Positions 1 through 12,038 of a DNA stretch of 64,000 nucleotides are shown here, one piece after another. Below the pieces are notes generated by a model. The model searched no databases. It saw only the letters and a list, made by a program, of their open reading frames with translations, and was not told the origin of the DNA. Each line of letters starts with the position of its first letter. Within the stretch, counting starts at the first letter, position 1. Source of the DNA: Octopus sinensis (lineage: Eukaryota). The stretch is taken from assembly GCF_006345805.1 (NCBI RefSeq), contig NC_043005.1, positions 69,812,001-69,876,000 of the forward strand, in the 5' to 3' direction. The translations under genes were made by a program, and so were the position numbers.

Positions 1-79
1 AGGGAAGAAGGGGGAGAAGCAAATAGGTGCATGTGTGACCATGGACGCCAACACCGTCGCCATCGACACACGAAAAATT

Positions 80-290
80 ATGCATTAAAATGGAATAAAA
101 AATGATGTTAAATTATTTTTAAAATTGTAGACTCATCGTAGACGCGCGCTAATACTCAGACGGGCTCGATATGAATCACGACTATAAGATACCCGAATTT
201 GGTTAAACTGCACCGAAAAATGTGGGAGTAGTTAGGAATCTAAATCGAAGGGGACAGACACTCACACAACTACAGTTTTATATATATAGA
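80..290 (-). mobile_element. Non-autonomous Helitron, subfamily 1, 5' part only
   Basis: Shares the core CGTAGACTCATCGTAGACGCGCGCTAATAC...GGTTAAACTGCACCG...GTGGGAGTAG with the copies at 19679, 54414 and 56157. On the minus strand it starts A|TC TATATATATAAAAC, the Helitron 5' TC terminus. Sequence at 1-80 differs from the other copies. Confidence 0.75.
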
Positions 291-919
291 TTTCTTCCAC
301 CACGTTCATTTTCTTTGTCATTTGTACCCTGTCTTATTTCAGCATATTAATATAAATAGTTATCAATTTATACTTTAAAATTCATATTTGGATCATTTCC
401 TCCTTTTGCTTTCGCTCGTATACGAAACACATATTTTGTATTTCAAACCCAAACTGCTATATTTAATATATTTAATATGTCGCATATCTTTATCCGCATC
501 CTTGCATCTTTTTCATTAAAGATATAGATTCTGATTGCATCTTCCATGTGTCAACATGTACATCCTTGAGACAATGTAACCTTAACTTTATTCATAATAA
601 CTTTGGCCTGAAGAGTAGCCGGCGGTATACACCTATCTTGATTTTTAACCACTTCTTAGGTTCCACACGCTATAAAACCTATGTAGCCTGGATCTTAGTT
701 AATCCATTCCGCAACTATTGTATTCGTATTCACACAACCGGCAATACTGGTCGTCTACCGTGGAATATAAAAAGAACAGCTTATCAGTCTTCGGTACGAA
801 AAATCCACAAACTTTCGTATCAATGAATCACTATCGTCCCGGAATTATTTTTATATTTACTACGAATTGCTTGTATATAACTTTCTTTCTAAACTTCGTT
901 CCCTAGTTCTGACATATAC

Positions 920-939
920 ACACAGAGACACAGACACAG

Positions 940-1005
<66 letters not shown>

Positions 1006-1022
1006 GCATACACAAACACACA
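920..1022. repeat. (CA)n/(CAGA)n microsatellite
   Basis: Direct reading; explains ORFs 860..1117 and 903..1097. Confidence 0.95.
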
Positions 1023-1263
1023 CGAGTAGGCGCATAAATGCAAAAGTGGGTGCAAAGAAATATGGGATACCGAAGGAAGAGTAATATGTTTTCGCATAAA
1101 GGCTGCAAAACCATCACGAAAAACTGTTCCTTAGACTTTCACGTTTCCGTTCGTCGGACACTTGTGATAACGAGACTGGAATAAACTAAGGTTAACAGTA
1201 TTTTCTAACTTTTTGGCAGCTCTAATAAGTATAAATGTATATTTATATATATACACACAGAAA

Positions 1264-1306
<43 letters not shown>

Positions 1307-1662
1307 ATTAGAGATAAAACCACTCTTAGGCAAATCAAACAGATAAATAAATAAATTAATTAATTAATAAAATAATATATAAATATAAAAATATACATAT
1401 ATATATATTTGTATGTATATATATAACATTTATAAGTTTAATTATTTAAATGATTTTTTTACTTTTACTTTTATATTTTTAAATTCATTTTATGTATTGG
1501 CTTATGTTTTTCACTGTTTGATTTACCTAATAGTGGTTTCATCTCTAATTTAATATAATATAATATAATATAATATATTTATACTATAAAATTGGATTGA
1601 AACCTAAATCTAAGTTTTCCTGTAAGTTTGGATTTATTCCCTAATATTATTATTATTATTAT

Positions 1663-1696
<34 letters not shown>

Positions 1697-2484
1697 ATTT
1701 TTATCACATTTAATTTTAATTCATTCATTTTCTATCATTCTATAATACCCCAGGATGTTACCACATTGTTCAAATATATGTATAACCATTATATTTGCTG
1801 CAAATTAATTCATGTATACACATACAGGCTGCTAGGTTACAAGAGTATATGAGTAGATGGGTATATATCAATAACAGATAGGTATATATACACGTATAAG
1901 GTAGTTACTACATGGGGGAGCATATATGTGCATATATGAATTCGTATACGATTGCACATGTATGTACTCAAGTATCTGTAATTGCTTATAATATCCAAGT
2001 GTATTATATTATATAAACGTTTGAATATTCTTAACTATATTCTTAAACGTTTCCACAGTAAAGATACACATTATATAACTTCCTCTGATGTAGCTGCATA
2101 ATGTCACAATGTTGCTCAAATCTGGATGCAGTGTGTCATATAACCAAATCTATTATAAGCTAATGAATGGGATTACATACCTACACTTCGTTTTTCTCTC
2201 ATGTAATAGTACGATCTGTACTAAGAGCCTGATTCCTATAAGTATTTGGAACGAATGACTTCAGTGAATTCAAACATGCTTGTCACGCGAATATTATAAT
2301 AATTTGACATGTATATGAAAATAAATTTCATAGAACTGGTATGCTGCTTCGCTGTATTAAACCGGAGTCATATTATACATGCCCTCACATACATACACAT
2401 ATAGACATAAATACCAACATATATATTCATACATATACGATACATACTTTCATTTATATACACACACACATTCATATACATATA

Positions 2485-2515
<31 letters not shown>

Positions 2516-2571
2516 ATATATATAATATATATATATAGTGTGTGTGTGGTGTGTGTGTGAGTGTGTGTGTG

Positions 2572-2735
2572 GTGTGCAACTATACTGTCTTCCTAACACA
2601 CAACGTGTTCACATATGTTTCTGGTATTTATGATATGTGTAAAATAAAATGTATTAAGCTTACATATACATACAAACACACACATACACAGACACACACA
2701 CGCGCAGATATATATACATACATATATATGTATGC

Positions 2736-2785
<50 letters not shown>

Positions 2786-3715
2786 ATATATATATATATA
2801 TATATGTAAATTTAAAATTTACGACCGGTTTTCTTTTTCGGGTATTAGTTCTACTAACAATTTATACATATTTGTGTGTAAGCGTGTGTATTTGTGTATG
2901 TGCCTTCGTGTGTGTGTGTGCGTGTGTGAGTGTCTGTGTGTGTGTGTGTGTGATATACTATCATATATATGCGATATTCATATTCCTGTGTAAAATATGA
3001 AAATTCCGGAAACTAACAAATAAGCAAATATCACTTCAAAGTTTACGTAGTACATATACTAACATGAAACAGGAACACTCCGAAAGAAAAAAAAACGAAA
3101 AAGGCATGCACACACATATACAATTATTTGTATATTCACCTACGTATTGCAACCCAATGGGTTGCAGATTCAATAGATGTGTCACGACATATACATATAA
3201 AAAAAAATTATTAAAAATGCTGAAGCAAGCACGATCAGGATATCTTTGTGAATGAACGACTGAAGAATCATATATACGCAGAATATTTATTCAAGCAAAA
3301 CATTTAGATATCAGCTGGCAGCTGATACATATGCGGAGATATGCGCAAGGATCTGCTCATATAGATGTGTTAGGATACGGGCGTTTTTGTGTATTTTTGT
3401 GTTCATCAATTCATGCACATATGCAGAAGAAAAGAGAACTGAGTGACAATATATTTTTGTTTTTTGATATTCACATGAACTCTCTTCAATCGATTCTTTT
3501 GCAGAAGCTACATGAAGACACGTCTCAATTCATAAATGAAAGAATTTTGCAGAGGAACAATTGACAGAGGAATGAATGCTATGTAGTGAATGCCACAGAC
3601 AATAGGTGCATTTAGAAAATGCTTAATACGTTTCTTCTTACAAATATCAAAAGTACCAGAAATATATGTGCGCACGTGGTATGTGTGTTAGGAAAACAGC
3701 ATAATTGCACACACA
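2572..3715. repeat. Pair of ~90-bp inverted repeats (2572-2660 and 3620-3715)
   Basis: GTGTGCAACTATACTGTCTTCCTAACACACA...TTTCTGGTATTTATGATATGTGTAA...GTATTAAGC matches the reverse complement of 3620-3715 at roughly 80% by eye. Confidence 0.7.
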
Positions 3716-5225
3716 CACACACTCGCGTGAACACAAAAATGTACATATATGCATATATATATACACACATATGCATGCATATACATGTATAAATATGTTT
3801 ATAGTAACGTATGTGTACACATTTATATGCATATGTATCTCTCTCTCTCTATATATATATATACACTTATATATATATATATATACATATATTTATTTAT
3901 ACACTATAGAGATAGATTGTTAAATAGATACATGTATACGTATATGTATAAATATGTGTATGTGTGCATGTGTATGCATGTATGCATGTATATGTATGTA
4001 TGCCTTATTGTCATGTGCATGCCGAAGAGCGAGAGAGAATCAAATCTATGCCTTGCGTATTCATTTTCTTAATACATTCCGATAGACTCCAATGTGAATA
4101 TGCAAATCACTGACGGCTTTCGACGACGAAGAAAAGCTTGTCCCTTAGGTAAATGTGGTCTCATAACACATTTGATTTATTATCGCAAGGAGACTTTGGG
4201 AAAACCGGTGCTTCGACGTAGTAGTAGGTCGTCAGCCTAAAGCGCGCCTGACTAAATGAAGCTAATTAAATTTTCCATCAGCAAACAAAATATTTTAATA
4301 CATGTTTTGATAAGTAGCAATTAATAACTGATGAGCAAACCGTATTATATATATTTGCTATTGTGTTAAACTGACGTATGTCCAAATTTGGCCAACTGCG
4401 TTATTTTTCAATAAGTATTTTTGCTTGCAATAGCCCGTTCTTTTGCTTGTCGAAAATTGCCAAAATGTAGCACAACACTTTTGCTATGGAATGGTGAAAC
4501 TATTTTTTTTTCTTTGCTTTCTGAAAGAGAAATGTTTTGGACGTACGACAACTTGCGTAATAGCAGCGATATATTCTTGCACAGAAATCTCAGCTTGAAC
4601 CATGGAACTCCCATCTTCTTCATTAATTTTATTATTTTTACACGCACTTCAATTTTTTAACCCATAAAAACAATTCAGTTTCTTTTGTCACTGTGATAAA
4701 TGTTGTCATGTTAGGCGCCCTCTGCTCTTCAGAGTAAGCAATAATCAATGCTTTATGTGAATGTTAGTCGACATCTATCACATTTCAGTATATTTTGTTA
4801 TCATTAGATGATTAAGTTTTCCACAATTACTATTTTCAATAATGTTCATATAAAGAAACTTGACTAAACCTTCACATTATAACCAGGTTAGCTAAAAAAT
4901 CTCTCATTGATGCCCCCAGATTGTTGATGTAGATCGACGCATAACTGAAATAATTAGTAATACGGATGCAACAAATTAACCTGAGAGAACTTAGAGTATT
5001 CGAAATATCTTTATATTTTCTTTTATTAATATTTGAAAGTACATAAACATAATTTTAAAAGTAATATTAAACTATACTTATATTAGTTTTATAATAATTC
5101 TGCGTACAGTATAATAAGTTACTCGTCCTGTTAGTAATTCGTAATACTGAAACAGGTATTATGTATGTGTGCTAATGTGTCTCTATTTAACTTATATGTG
5201 CGTGTAGGCATACATCTACGTATAT

Positions 5226-5305
<80 letters not shown>

Positions 5306-5331
5306 TCTGTGTGTGTGTGCGTGTGTTTGTA

Positions 5332-5363
<32 letters not shown>

Positions 5364-5374
5364 ACGGGAAGCTT

Positions 5375-5570
5375 TATGAAAATAGACAAAAGACGAAGGC
5401 AGGTGGAAAACAAACGAACAATTGTATTAGTATGGCGCTCAGGAAATATAAATAAAACAAGTCTTTAATGTTTCGAGCCTACGCTCTTCAACAGAAAGAT
5501 ACACAGAGAGAAAGAAAACACAGAAAGAAGGAGAGAAAAAAATGCGTGCAGTAGCTAACGAATCAACATG
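5375..5570 (-). mobile_element. Penelope-like element terminal fragment, family B
   Basis: Reverse complement aligns with 54830-55015 and contains CTGTTGAAGAGCGTAGGCTCGAAAC, a hammerhead-like core of the kind found in Penelope terminal repeats. The family assignment is inferred. Confidence 0.5.
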
Positions 5571-5992
5571 ACGATCTGATTTCGGCCAGAGGTCAAAGAT
5601 CAAACATGAGACGCGAGAGCGAAATGAGGGGAGATAATAGGGTTGATAGGTACTTTCAAATATTAATAAAAGAAAATATAAAGATATTTCGGATACTCTA
5701 TATATATATTTGTTGTGCAAGAATTTTTATGTGAAGTCGTGTGTTCAAACACAGGCACTATATATTTGGTGTTATTTTGCTTCAGTGTTATTTATTTTTT
5801 ACATTAATCTTAATCTTATTTCGGCCAGGAGTGTGACGAAAGAACTCTGGCCGAAATGAGATTTAGAATAATGTAAAAAATAAATAACACTGTAGCAAAA
5901 AAATACCAAATATATAGTGCGTGTGTTTTTATTCGCTAAACTGGCAAAATGACCATTCCGATATATATATTTATATATATATATTTATACAT

Positions 5993-6077
<85 letters not shown>

Positions 6078-6082
<5 letters not shown>

Positions 6083-7826
6083 TATAAATATGGAAAAAGA
6101 CAAGTTAGAAAATGCAAAAATAATTTAAAACAAAAACATTCCATACCGGTTTCAGTCATTCCGGCGTCTTCACCTGTAAGCATGGAAAACAATTAAATTC
6201 TGGAAAAATTAAATGAAACGTTTTTTAAAAGAATATTTGCATGGTATTCAAATACAAGGGGCATTTTTCTTGTTTCTGTCTCTTGTGTTTATTCTTGTGG
6301 GTTCGAGGTCGTTGTGAATTCTTGGTAGAAAAGAAGAAGAAGAAGAAGAAGAAGAAGAAGAAGAAGAAGAAGAAGAAGAAGAAGAAGAAAGAAGAAGAAG
6401 AAGAAGAAGATGAAGAGAAGGAGGAGAGGAGGAGAAAGAGAAGAATAATAATGCGGGAGTGCTATGATAGAAGTGTGATGTTAAATGGTCCAGTACCATC
6501 AAAGTGACTTGTGGAAGTACTGATTGAATTCTTCAGATATCTATTTTGAATATATTGCTGATAATATTTGCGTAGGTGTTATTGTAAACAGCAGTAGTAG
6601 TAAAGTAATGAAGGAGGTGGCGAAGTGGAAGAAGACAAAGACGAAGGAGAAAGTGAAGAAGGGAGACTGATAAGGGAATGCGGGACGGTATGATGGTAGT
6701 AAGATATTAAATGGTCAAGTGACTTAAAAGTGGTTCTTTGTGGATTATAGCAGTGACTGTGACTGTTCTTGGCCAAAAAAACAGTCTACGTCAAAGGAGG
6801 GCTCTGCACAGATCCCAGGTGAAAATTCCCCAAAAGAGAAAAAATAGCTTCAGCTAACACATCGACATTTGCGCCAATATCAAAAATCCAAGCTTCATAA
6901 TTTTTCCCTCTACTAATTCAGGGACGATACAGCCAGCAGACAACGAATTAGTAAAGATACTCTCATTATTACAACATACAGACCCATTTTGAACGCATCT
7001 ACAATAAACGATATATTCACCATGGCCTTAGAATCACACACGCAAATATTTAAAATGATATTTAAAGCGACAACGAAGAATTCATTCAAAATTCTGACAA
7101 TCATTGCTATAATCTACAACGATACACTTTTAGGACACTTGATATCCTACTACTATGATACCATCCCGCATTTTACTCTTTCTACTCCTTCTTTGTCTTC
7201 TTCCTCTCCGCCACTTCCTTCCTTACTTTACTAATACTGCTGTTTAGAATAACACCTACGCAAATATTATAAACCATACATTCAAAAGAAATATCTCAAG
7301 AATTCAATGAACCACAATTTTACCATCCACAACAAGTCACTTTCAGGGCACTTCACCATTATCATCCAACTACTATCATAGCACTCCGCATTATTTTTGC
7401 TGTTTTTGTTGTTGTTGTTGTTGTTCGTCTTCTTCTTCTTCTTCTTCTGCTTCTTATTCTGCTTCTTCTTCTCCTTCTTCTTCTCCTTCTTCTTTTTCTT
7501 TTTCTTCTTCTTCTTCTTCTTCTACTCCTCCTCTCCTTCTTCTTCTTCTTCTTCTTCTTCTCTGAAAAGTATTCACAACGACCTCGTGCCCACAAGAATA
7601 AAGAAGGGAGAGAGAGAGTCAGAATCAGGCAGAAACAAGGAAAATGCGCTTTGTATTTGAATATTATGAAATTATTTGAAAAAAGACACTTTTCATTTAG
7701 TTTTTCCAAAATTTAGTTGTTTTCCATGCTTACAGATGAAGAGGTCTCAATGTCTGAAACGGGTACTGAAATGTTTTTTTTTAATAAAATTATGTTAGCA
7801 TTTTCTACCTTGACCTTTTTACCATA
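6078..7826. repeat. Long inverted duplication: arms ~6078-6770 and ~7095-7826, spacer ~320 bp
   Basis: Collinear reverse-complement match, e.g. CTGTAAGCATGGAAAACAA, TTTATTCTTGTGGG..CGAGGTCGTTGTGAAT and ATAATATTTGCGTAGGTGTTATT.TAAACAGCAGTA. (AAG)n in the left arm mirrors (TTC)n in the right arm. About 80% identity by eye. Confidence 0.9.
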
Positions 7827-7924
7827 TATATATATATATATATGCACTCTAAGAAAATTGCTACAAATATAATACTATGAAAAATAATACTTTCTCCTAT
7901 AAGTAGAAGGACTGAGATATTTTT

Positions 7925-8035
7925 CCGTAACAGCCAATTGATTAGATCGTTCCTAGGGCCAGACTCCTACTTATGTCAGCGACTCCGGGTGGATGAACAG
8001 TAAAGTCGACTGCGGCGGAATTTGAGCTAAGCACT
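7925..8035 (-). mobile_element. Diverged tRNA-SINE fragment (family of 11388)
   Basis: AAAGTCGACTGCGGCGGAATTTGAGC is the reverse complement of the B-box/GAGGTCGACTTT motif of the 11388 cluster. Confidence 0.5.
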
Positions 8036-8302
8036 CCCTCCAGAAAAGTTGAGCATATCTCTCAAGGAAATACATAAAGATATTTCAAGATATTTTCGGT
8101 ACAAACCTTTGAGTAAAAGTAACATCAGTTTCTTCATATGGATAAGGCGGAGACACTAAAATGCCCGAGAGTGTTTTCTTCTGTTTTTTTTTTTTTTTTG
8201 GTAACATCCCAGTCATTATATTTCGAAAGTTTAAGATTGTGTAGGTAGTTCTTAAATTTTCTTATGTATGTAGATTTCCTTTCTTTCTCGTTTCTTTTTC
8301 TG

Positions 8303-8334
<32 letters not shown>

Positions 8335-8415
8335 TGTATGTATGTATCTATCTATCTATCTATATCTATCTATCTGTCTATCTATTATCTATCTATCTAT
8401 ATATGTATGTATATA

Positions 8416-8502
<87 letters not shown>

Positions 8503-8764
8503 TATATTGTTGTGTTTGGGGAGAGTCATTCTCTTCACGTGCCTTCTTAACACACACACGGTTCAGTTTCCATTCATTTACTTCTTTTCTTCTAAAATTT
8601 TCTTGGCGTCATGCAACATTTTCAAAAGCCGTTGATTCTATCCGTTATCCGTACAACGTTCTTTTTGTTTGTTTGTGCGCATGTGGGTCAATGGCATGCG
8701 CATACACATATGTATGCATGCATGTATGTGCGTTTATTTGTATGTCTTTTTTTATCATTTTATA

Positions 8765-9652
8765 TCTTTTACTGGTTTTTTTACAAGGGCCGAACTCATG
8801 CTGTTGCACCACCTGTAGTTAGTCCCTGTTGTTTCCGATATAGTATTTGGCGAAGTAGCGATTTGGACTGAGCTGCACTTATTTGCATTCTCCTGCCGCG
8901 ATGTGGGTTCATCTGGTATCTCAGATAGAAACCTGCCCAGATGTTCTTTGAAATGTTCCACGTCAACACCACGCAGATCTCTAAGGTTGCCGGGAAGGAT
9001 GTTGAACAGTTGCGGGCCCTTGAAACGCAAACTATTGCTGTATTGTGGCCTTATTTTAGATGGGGAATAAAGGATCTTTGACATGATGCATTTCCGTCCA
9101 GTTCGAGGATTAGTGTAGCTGTCAATTCCAAAATCGGGAGCTAAACCCTCCAAGAATTTTCAAATATATACCACCGCATATCTCTATCGTTTTCTTTCCA
9201 AGGAATAGAGACACAGCCCTTTTAGTCTCTCCCAGTGGCCCATCTTTTGCATTGGCGCTGGATTGCTTCGAGTTACACAGTTTGTTTCAGACTATGGGAG
9301 CCAGGGTTGGGAGCAGTAGTCCAAGCGGCTGAGAGCGAAATTCTTCCATCGGAGTAATAGGAACTCCCTTTTCCTGGTTTGACATGCCCTCAAAATCTAT
9401 CCTGCACAGCCCCTCACCTGCACAGTGTTACCATCTTGCTAATATACCTATGGAATGTTGCATCATTGCTCATGTTAAACCCCAGGTCATACACGGACTC
9501 TGAATCCTGGGTCGTATTACCTTCTGGTCCAGTGTATTCCGATTTTTGCTTGGTGTTGGACCGATAGTGGAGTGCCTGAAATTTCATAGAATTGAGCTGC
9601 ATGTTGTTTTTGTTAGCCCATTTGTAAATTTCAGTCAAGTCTTTCTCAAAAT
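8765..9652 (-). mobile_element. CR1-type LINE relic, reverse-transcriptase C-terminal region and 3' end, frameshifted
   Basis: Translations EKDLTEIYKWANKNNMQLNSMKFQALHY, DLGFNMSNDATF, ALSRLDYCSQPW and GPQLFNILPGNLRDLRGVDVEHFKEHLGRFLSEIPDEP match the conserved RT thumb and C-terminus of CR1/L2-group LINEs. Confidence 0.85.
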
Positions 9653-10175
9653 AAACGTAGGTGAACATCGCAAAACTGTGACACAAGGAGGAATTGATAA
9701 ATCGGGTATAGCTGATCATGTATGGAAAAAGGAGACCACCTCCCCCTGTGGGATTAAGTTAAAATAATAGACAGAGAACACCAAGGGAAAATACGAAAAC
9801 TAAACGAAGCAGCACATATGCTAGGGTACAACAACCTCCTAAGCAGACCGAGTGCGGATATGAGTAGCATATGGGAACCGGTATAAGGAAGGATAGGAAA
9901 ATATTAGATTTGTGAATCCCTAAAATTCACTTCATAATACGCATATGGCATATTGGTTAAGATCGTGGGCTACTAACCCCATGATTCCGACTTCGATTCC
10001 AGGCAGTGACCTGAATACTATTAATAATAATGCTAATAATAATAACATCGTAAAATACCCTAGGAATGAGAACCCAGGTTCGAAATTTCCCGAAGACACC
10101 CGATGAAGGATGGAGAGTATGTCAGCCGAAATGTCGTGTTAACAAGTTGAGGACAAATATCCGTCTAATGTAAGT
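9653..10175 (+). mobile_element. Penelope-like element 3' fragment: GIY-YIG endonuclease C-terminus plus terminal repeat
   Basis: EHRKTVTQGGIDKSGIADHVWKK, then after a frameshift DHLPLWD*VKIIDREHQGKIRKLNEAAHMLGYNNLLSRPS. This fits the PLE GIY-YIG tail. It is followed by a hammerhead-like motif at 10100-10165. Confidence 0.8.
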
Positions 10176-10599
10176 AATGAATATGCTTAATGTAGTAAAC
10201 CAATGAACAATACGTACATTAAAAAAAAATAAGTTAAAGGTGTAAAGATTAATTATAAGTTGAGACAAGAATGAAAGCTCTTTGAAATCTAGGAAATGTA
10301 ATGGAACAAATTACGTGTTTTTGTAAACATTTTACACGAAATTTTACAAATATGTTTGGTCTTTGTAAATGGAAGAAAATTAATATATGACAAATAAAGA
10401 AAACTTTCAAGTATAATGTAACAGTATTTAACAGAAAACGTATACAATAATTTTGAAATTCATGCATACATAAGAAGACGAATATATTTTTTAAAAATTG
10501 GTAATTGCCATTACCACAATTGGAGAATTAGATAAATAAATTATAACAACTACAAAGATAACAAAACAAGAGTATTGATAATGGTTTCAAATTCTGGCA

Positions 10600-10755
10600 C
10601 GTCGACCACTGTATCTAAGTGATACGTATATTATCGACCTTAATGATAAAGTTATGCCGACCTCAACGGAATCTCACTTCGAACGTGAAGACTAATGCAA
10701 CGCTGCTAAGCATTTTGCATGCCATGCTAACGATTCTGTAAACTCGCTACCTTAA
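10600..10755 (-). mobile_element. Diverged tRNA-SINE (family of 11388)
   Basis: Reverse-complement similarity to the head and core of 11388 (TTATCGACC...GATAAAG...CGACCTC.ACGGAAT..CACTTCGAACG...CTAAGCATTTTGC). Confidence 0.55.
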
Positions 10756-10774
10756 GAATAGAATAATAAGAACG

Positions 10775-10850
10775 ATGGTGATGAATACGACGATGATAAT
10801 GATGTTGATGATGGTGACGACGACGATGTTAACGATGATGATGGTGATGG

Positions 10851-10905
<55 letters not shown>
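10775..10905. repeat. (GAT)n trinucleotide tract
   Basis: Direct reading; explains the poly-M and poly-I ORFs. Confidence 0.95.
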
Positions 10906-11387
10906 CCAAGAAATCAACGAGATGCAGGAAAAATATGAATATTTTTGCTTTTCTGAAGAAGTAGCTTCCACAGTGTTGCATGTGTAACAAAAATTCTATT
11001 CAATACTGATCGCTAAAGCAAAATGATATTGGATTTATATGCAGTGTGAATGTAGCTAGCTCCATATGTTACATAGCTGATAACCTAGACCCCAAACTGA
11101 GTTGAGAATATCGTTAAGACCCTTTCCATTTTTTCTCTTTTCTCACATAATTTTCGAAATGTTTGTTTACGTTACAAATACACAGTATTTTTCTAAAATT
11201 AAATTGTCCTATATTACATTAAATAGTGAAATGAAAGAACACTTCATTTACTTGTCCTTTATTATATCCGCTAGAGTGTCCGCACGCATGTGTAAGTATT
11301 CATTAAAATATGCACACACACACACGCCGACGCACACGCGCTCGCGCACGCACACACGCAAAGCACTCTAATATTTATAAGAAACAA

Positions 11388-12005
11388 GGCGGCGAGCTGG
11401 CAGGCACGTTAGCACGCCGGGTAAAATGCTTTGCGGTATTTCGTCTGCCGTTACGTTGTGAGTTCAAATTCCACCGAGGTCGACTTTGCCTTTCATCCTT
11501 TCGGGGTCGATAAATTAAGTACCAGTTACGCAGTGGGGTCGATGTAATCGACTTTCTACCTTTGTCTGTCCTTGTTTGTCCCCTCTGTGTTTAGCCCCTT
11601 GTGGGTAATAAAGAAATATGTATTTCGTCTACCGCTACGTTCTGAGTTCAAATTCCGCCGAGGTCGACTTCGCCTTTCATCCTTTCGGGATCGATTAAAT
11701 AAGTACAAGTTACGCACTGGGGTCGATATGATCGACTTTATCCGTTTGTCTGTCCTTGTTTGTCTACTCTATGTTTAGCCCCTTGTGGGCAATAAAGAAA
11801 TAAGAACGTTAGCACTCCTGGCGAAATGCTTAGGGGTATTTCGCCTGTCATTCCGTCCTGAGTTCTAATTCCGCTGAGGTCGACTTGGCCTTTCATCCTT
11901 TCATCCTTTTGGGGTCGATAAACTAAGTACCAGTTGCGTATAGGGGTTGATCTAATGGACTGGTCCCCTCCCCCAAAATTTCGGACCTTGTGCCTGGAGT
12001 AGAGA
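11388..12005 (+). mobile_element. Three head-to-tail tRNA-derived SINE units
   Basis: Head GGCGGCGAGCTGGCAG with B box GAGTTCAAATTCC at 11460. The core GAGGTCGACTTTGCCTTTCATCCTTTCGGGGTCGATAAATTAAGTACCAG repeats at ~11476, ~11660 and ~11876. Confidence 0.9.
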
Positions 12006-12038
12006 ATAATATTTATTGGAAACGAATCTACTCTTCAG

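Noticed and set aside
548-826. 92-aa ORF in unique sequence
   Set aside because: No recognisable motif or splice signals; length within chance expectation.
3300-3660. GPCR-like snippets (GIHYIAF, NSFIYELR) on the minus strand
   Set aside because: The frame starts inside the 3620-3715 repeat and has stops; motif spacing does not fit a 7TM protein.
5971-6075. Recurrent AA/TT phase flips inside (TA)n tracts as a possible code or periodic signal
   Set aside because: Spacing is irregular; best explained by slippage or single-base indel consensus errors in self-complementary TA repeats.
1628-8871. Numerous YI/VC/HT-repeat ORFs here and across the window
   Set aside because: (TA)n, (CA)n and (TATG)n microsatellite translations.
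11388-11475. tRNA-like A/B boxes
   Set aside because: SINE heads; no cloverleaf tRNA gene.
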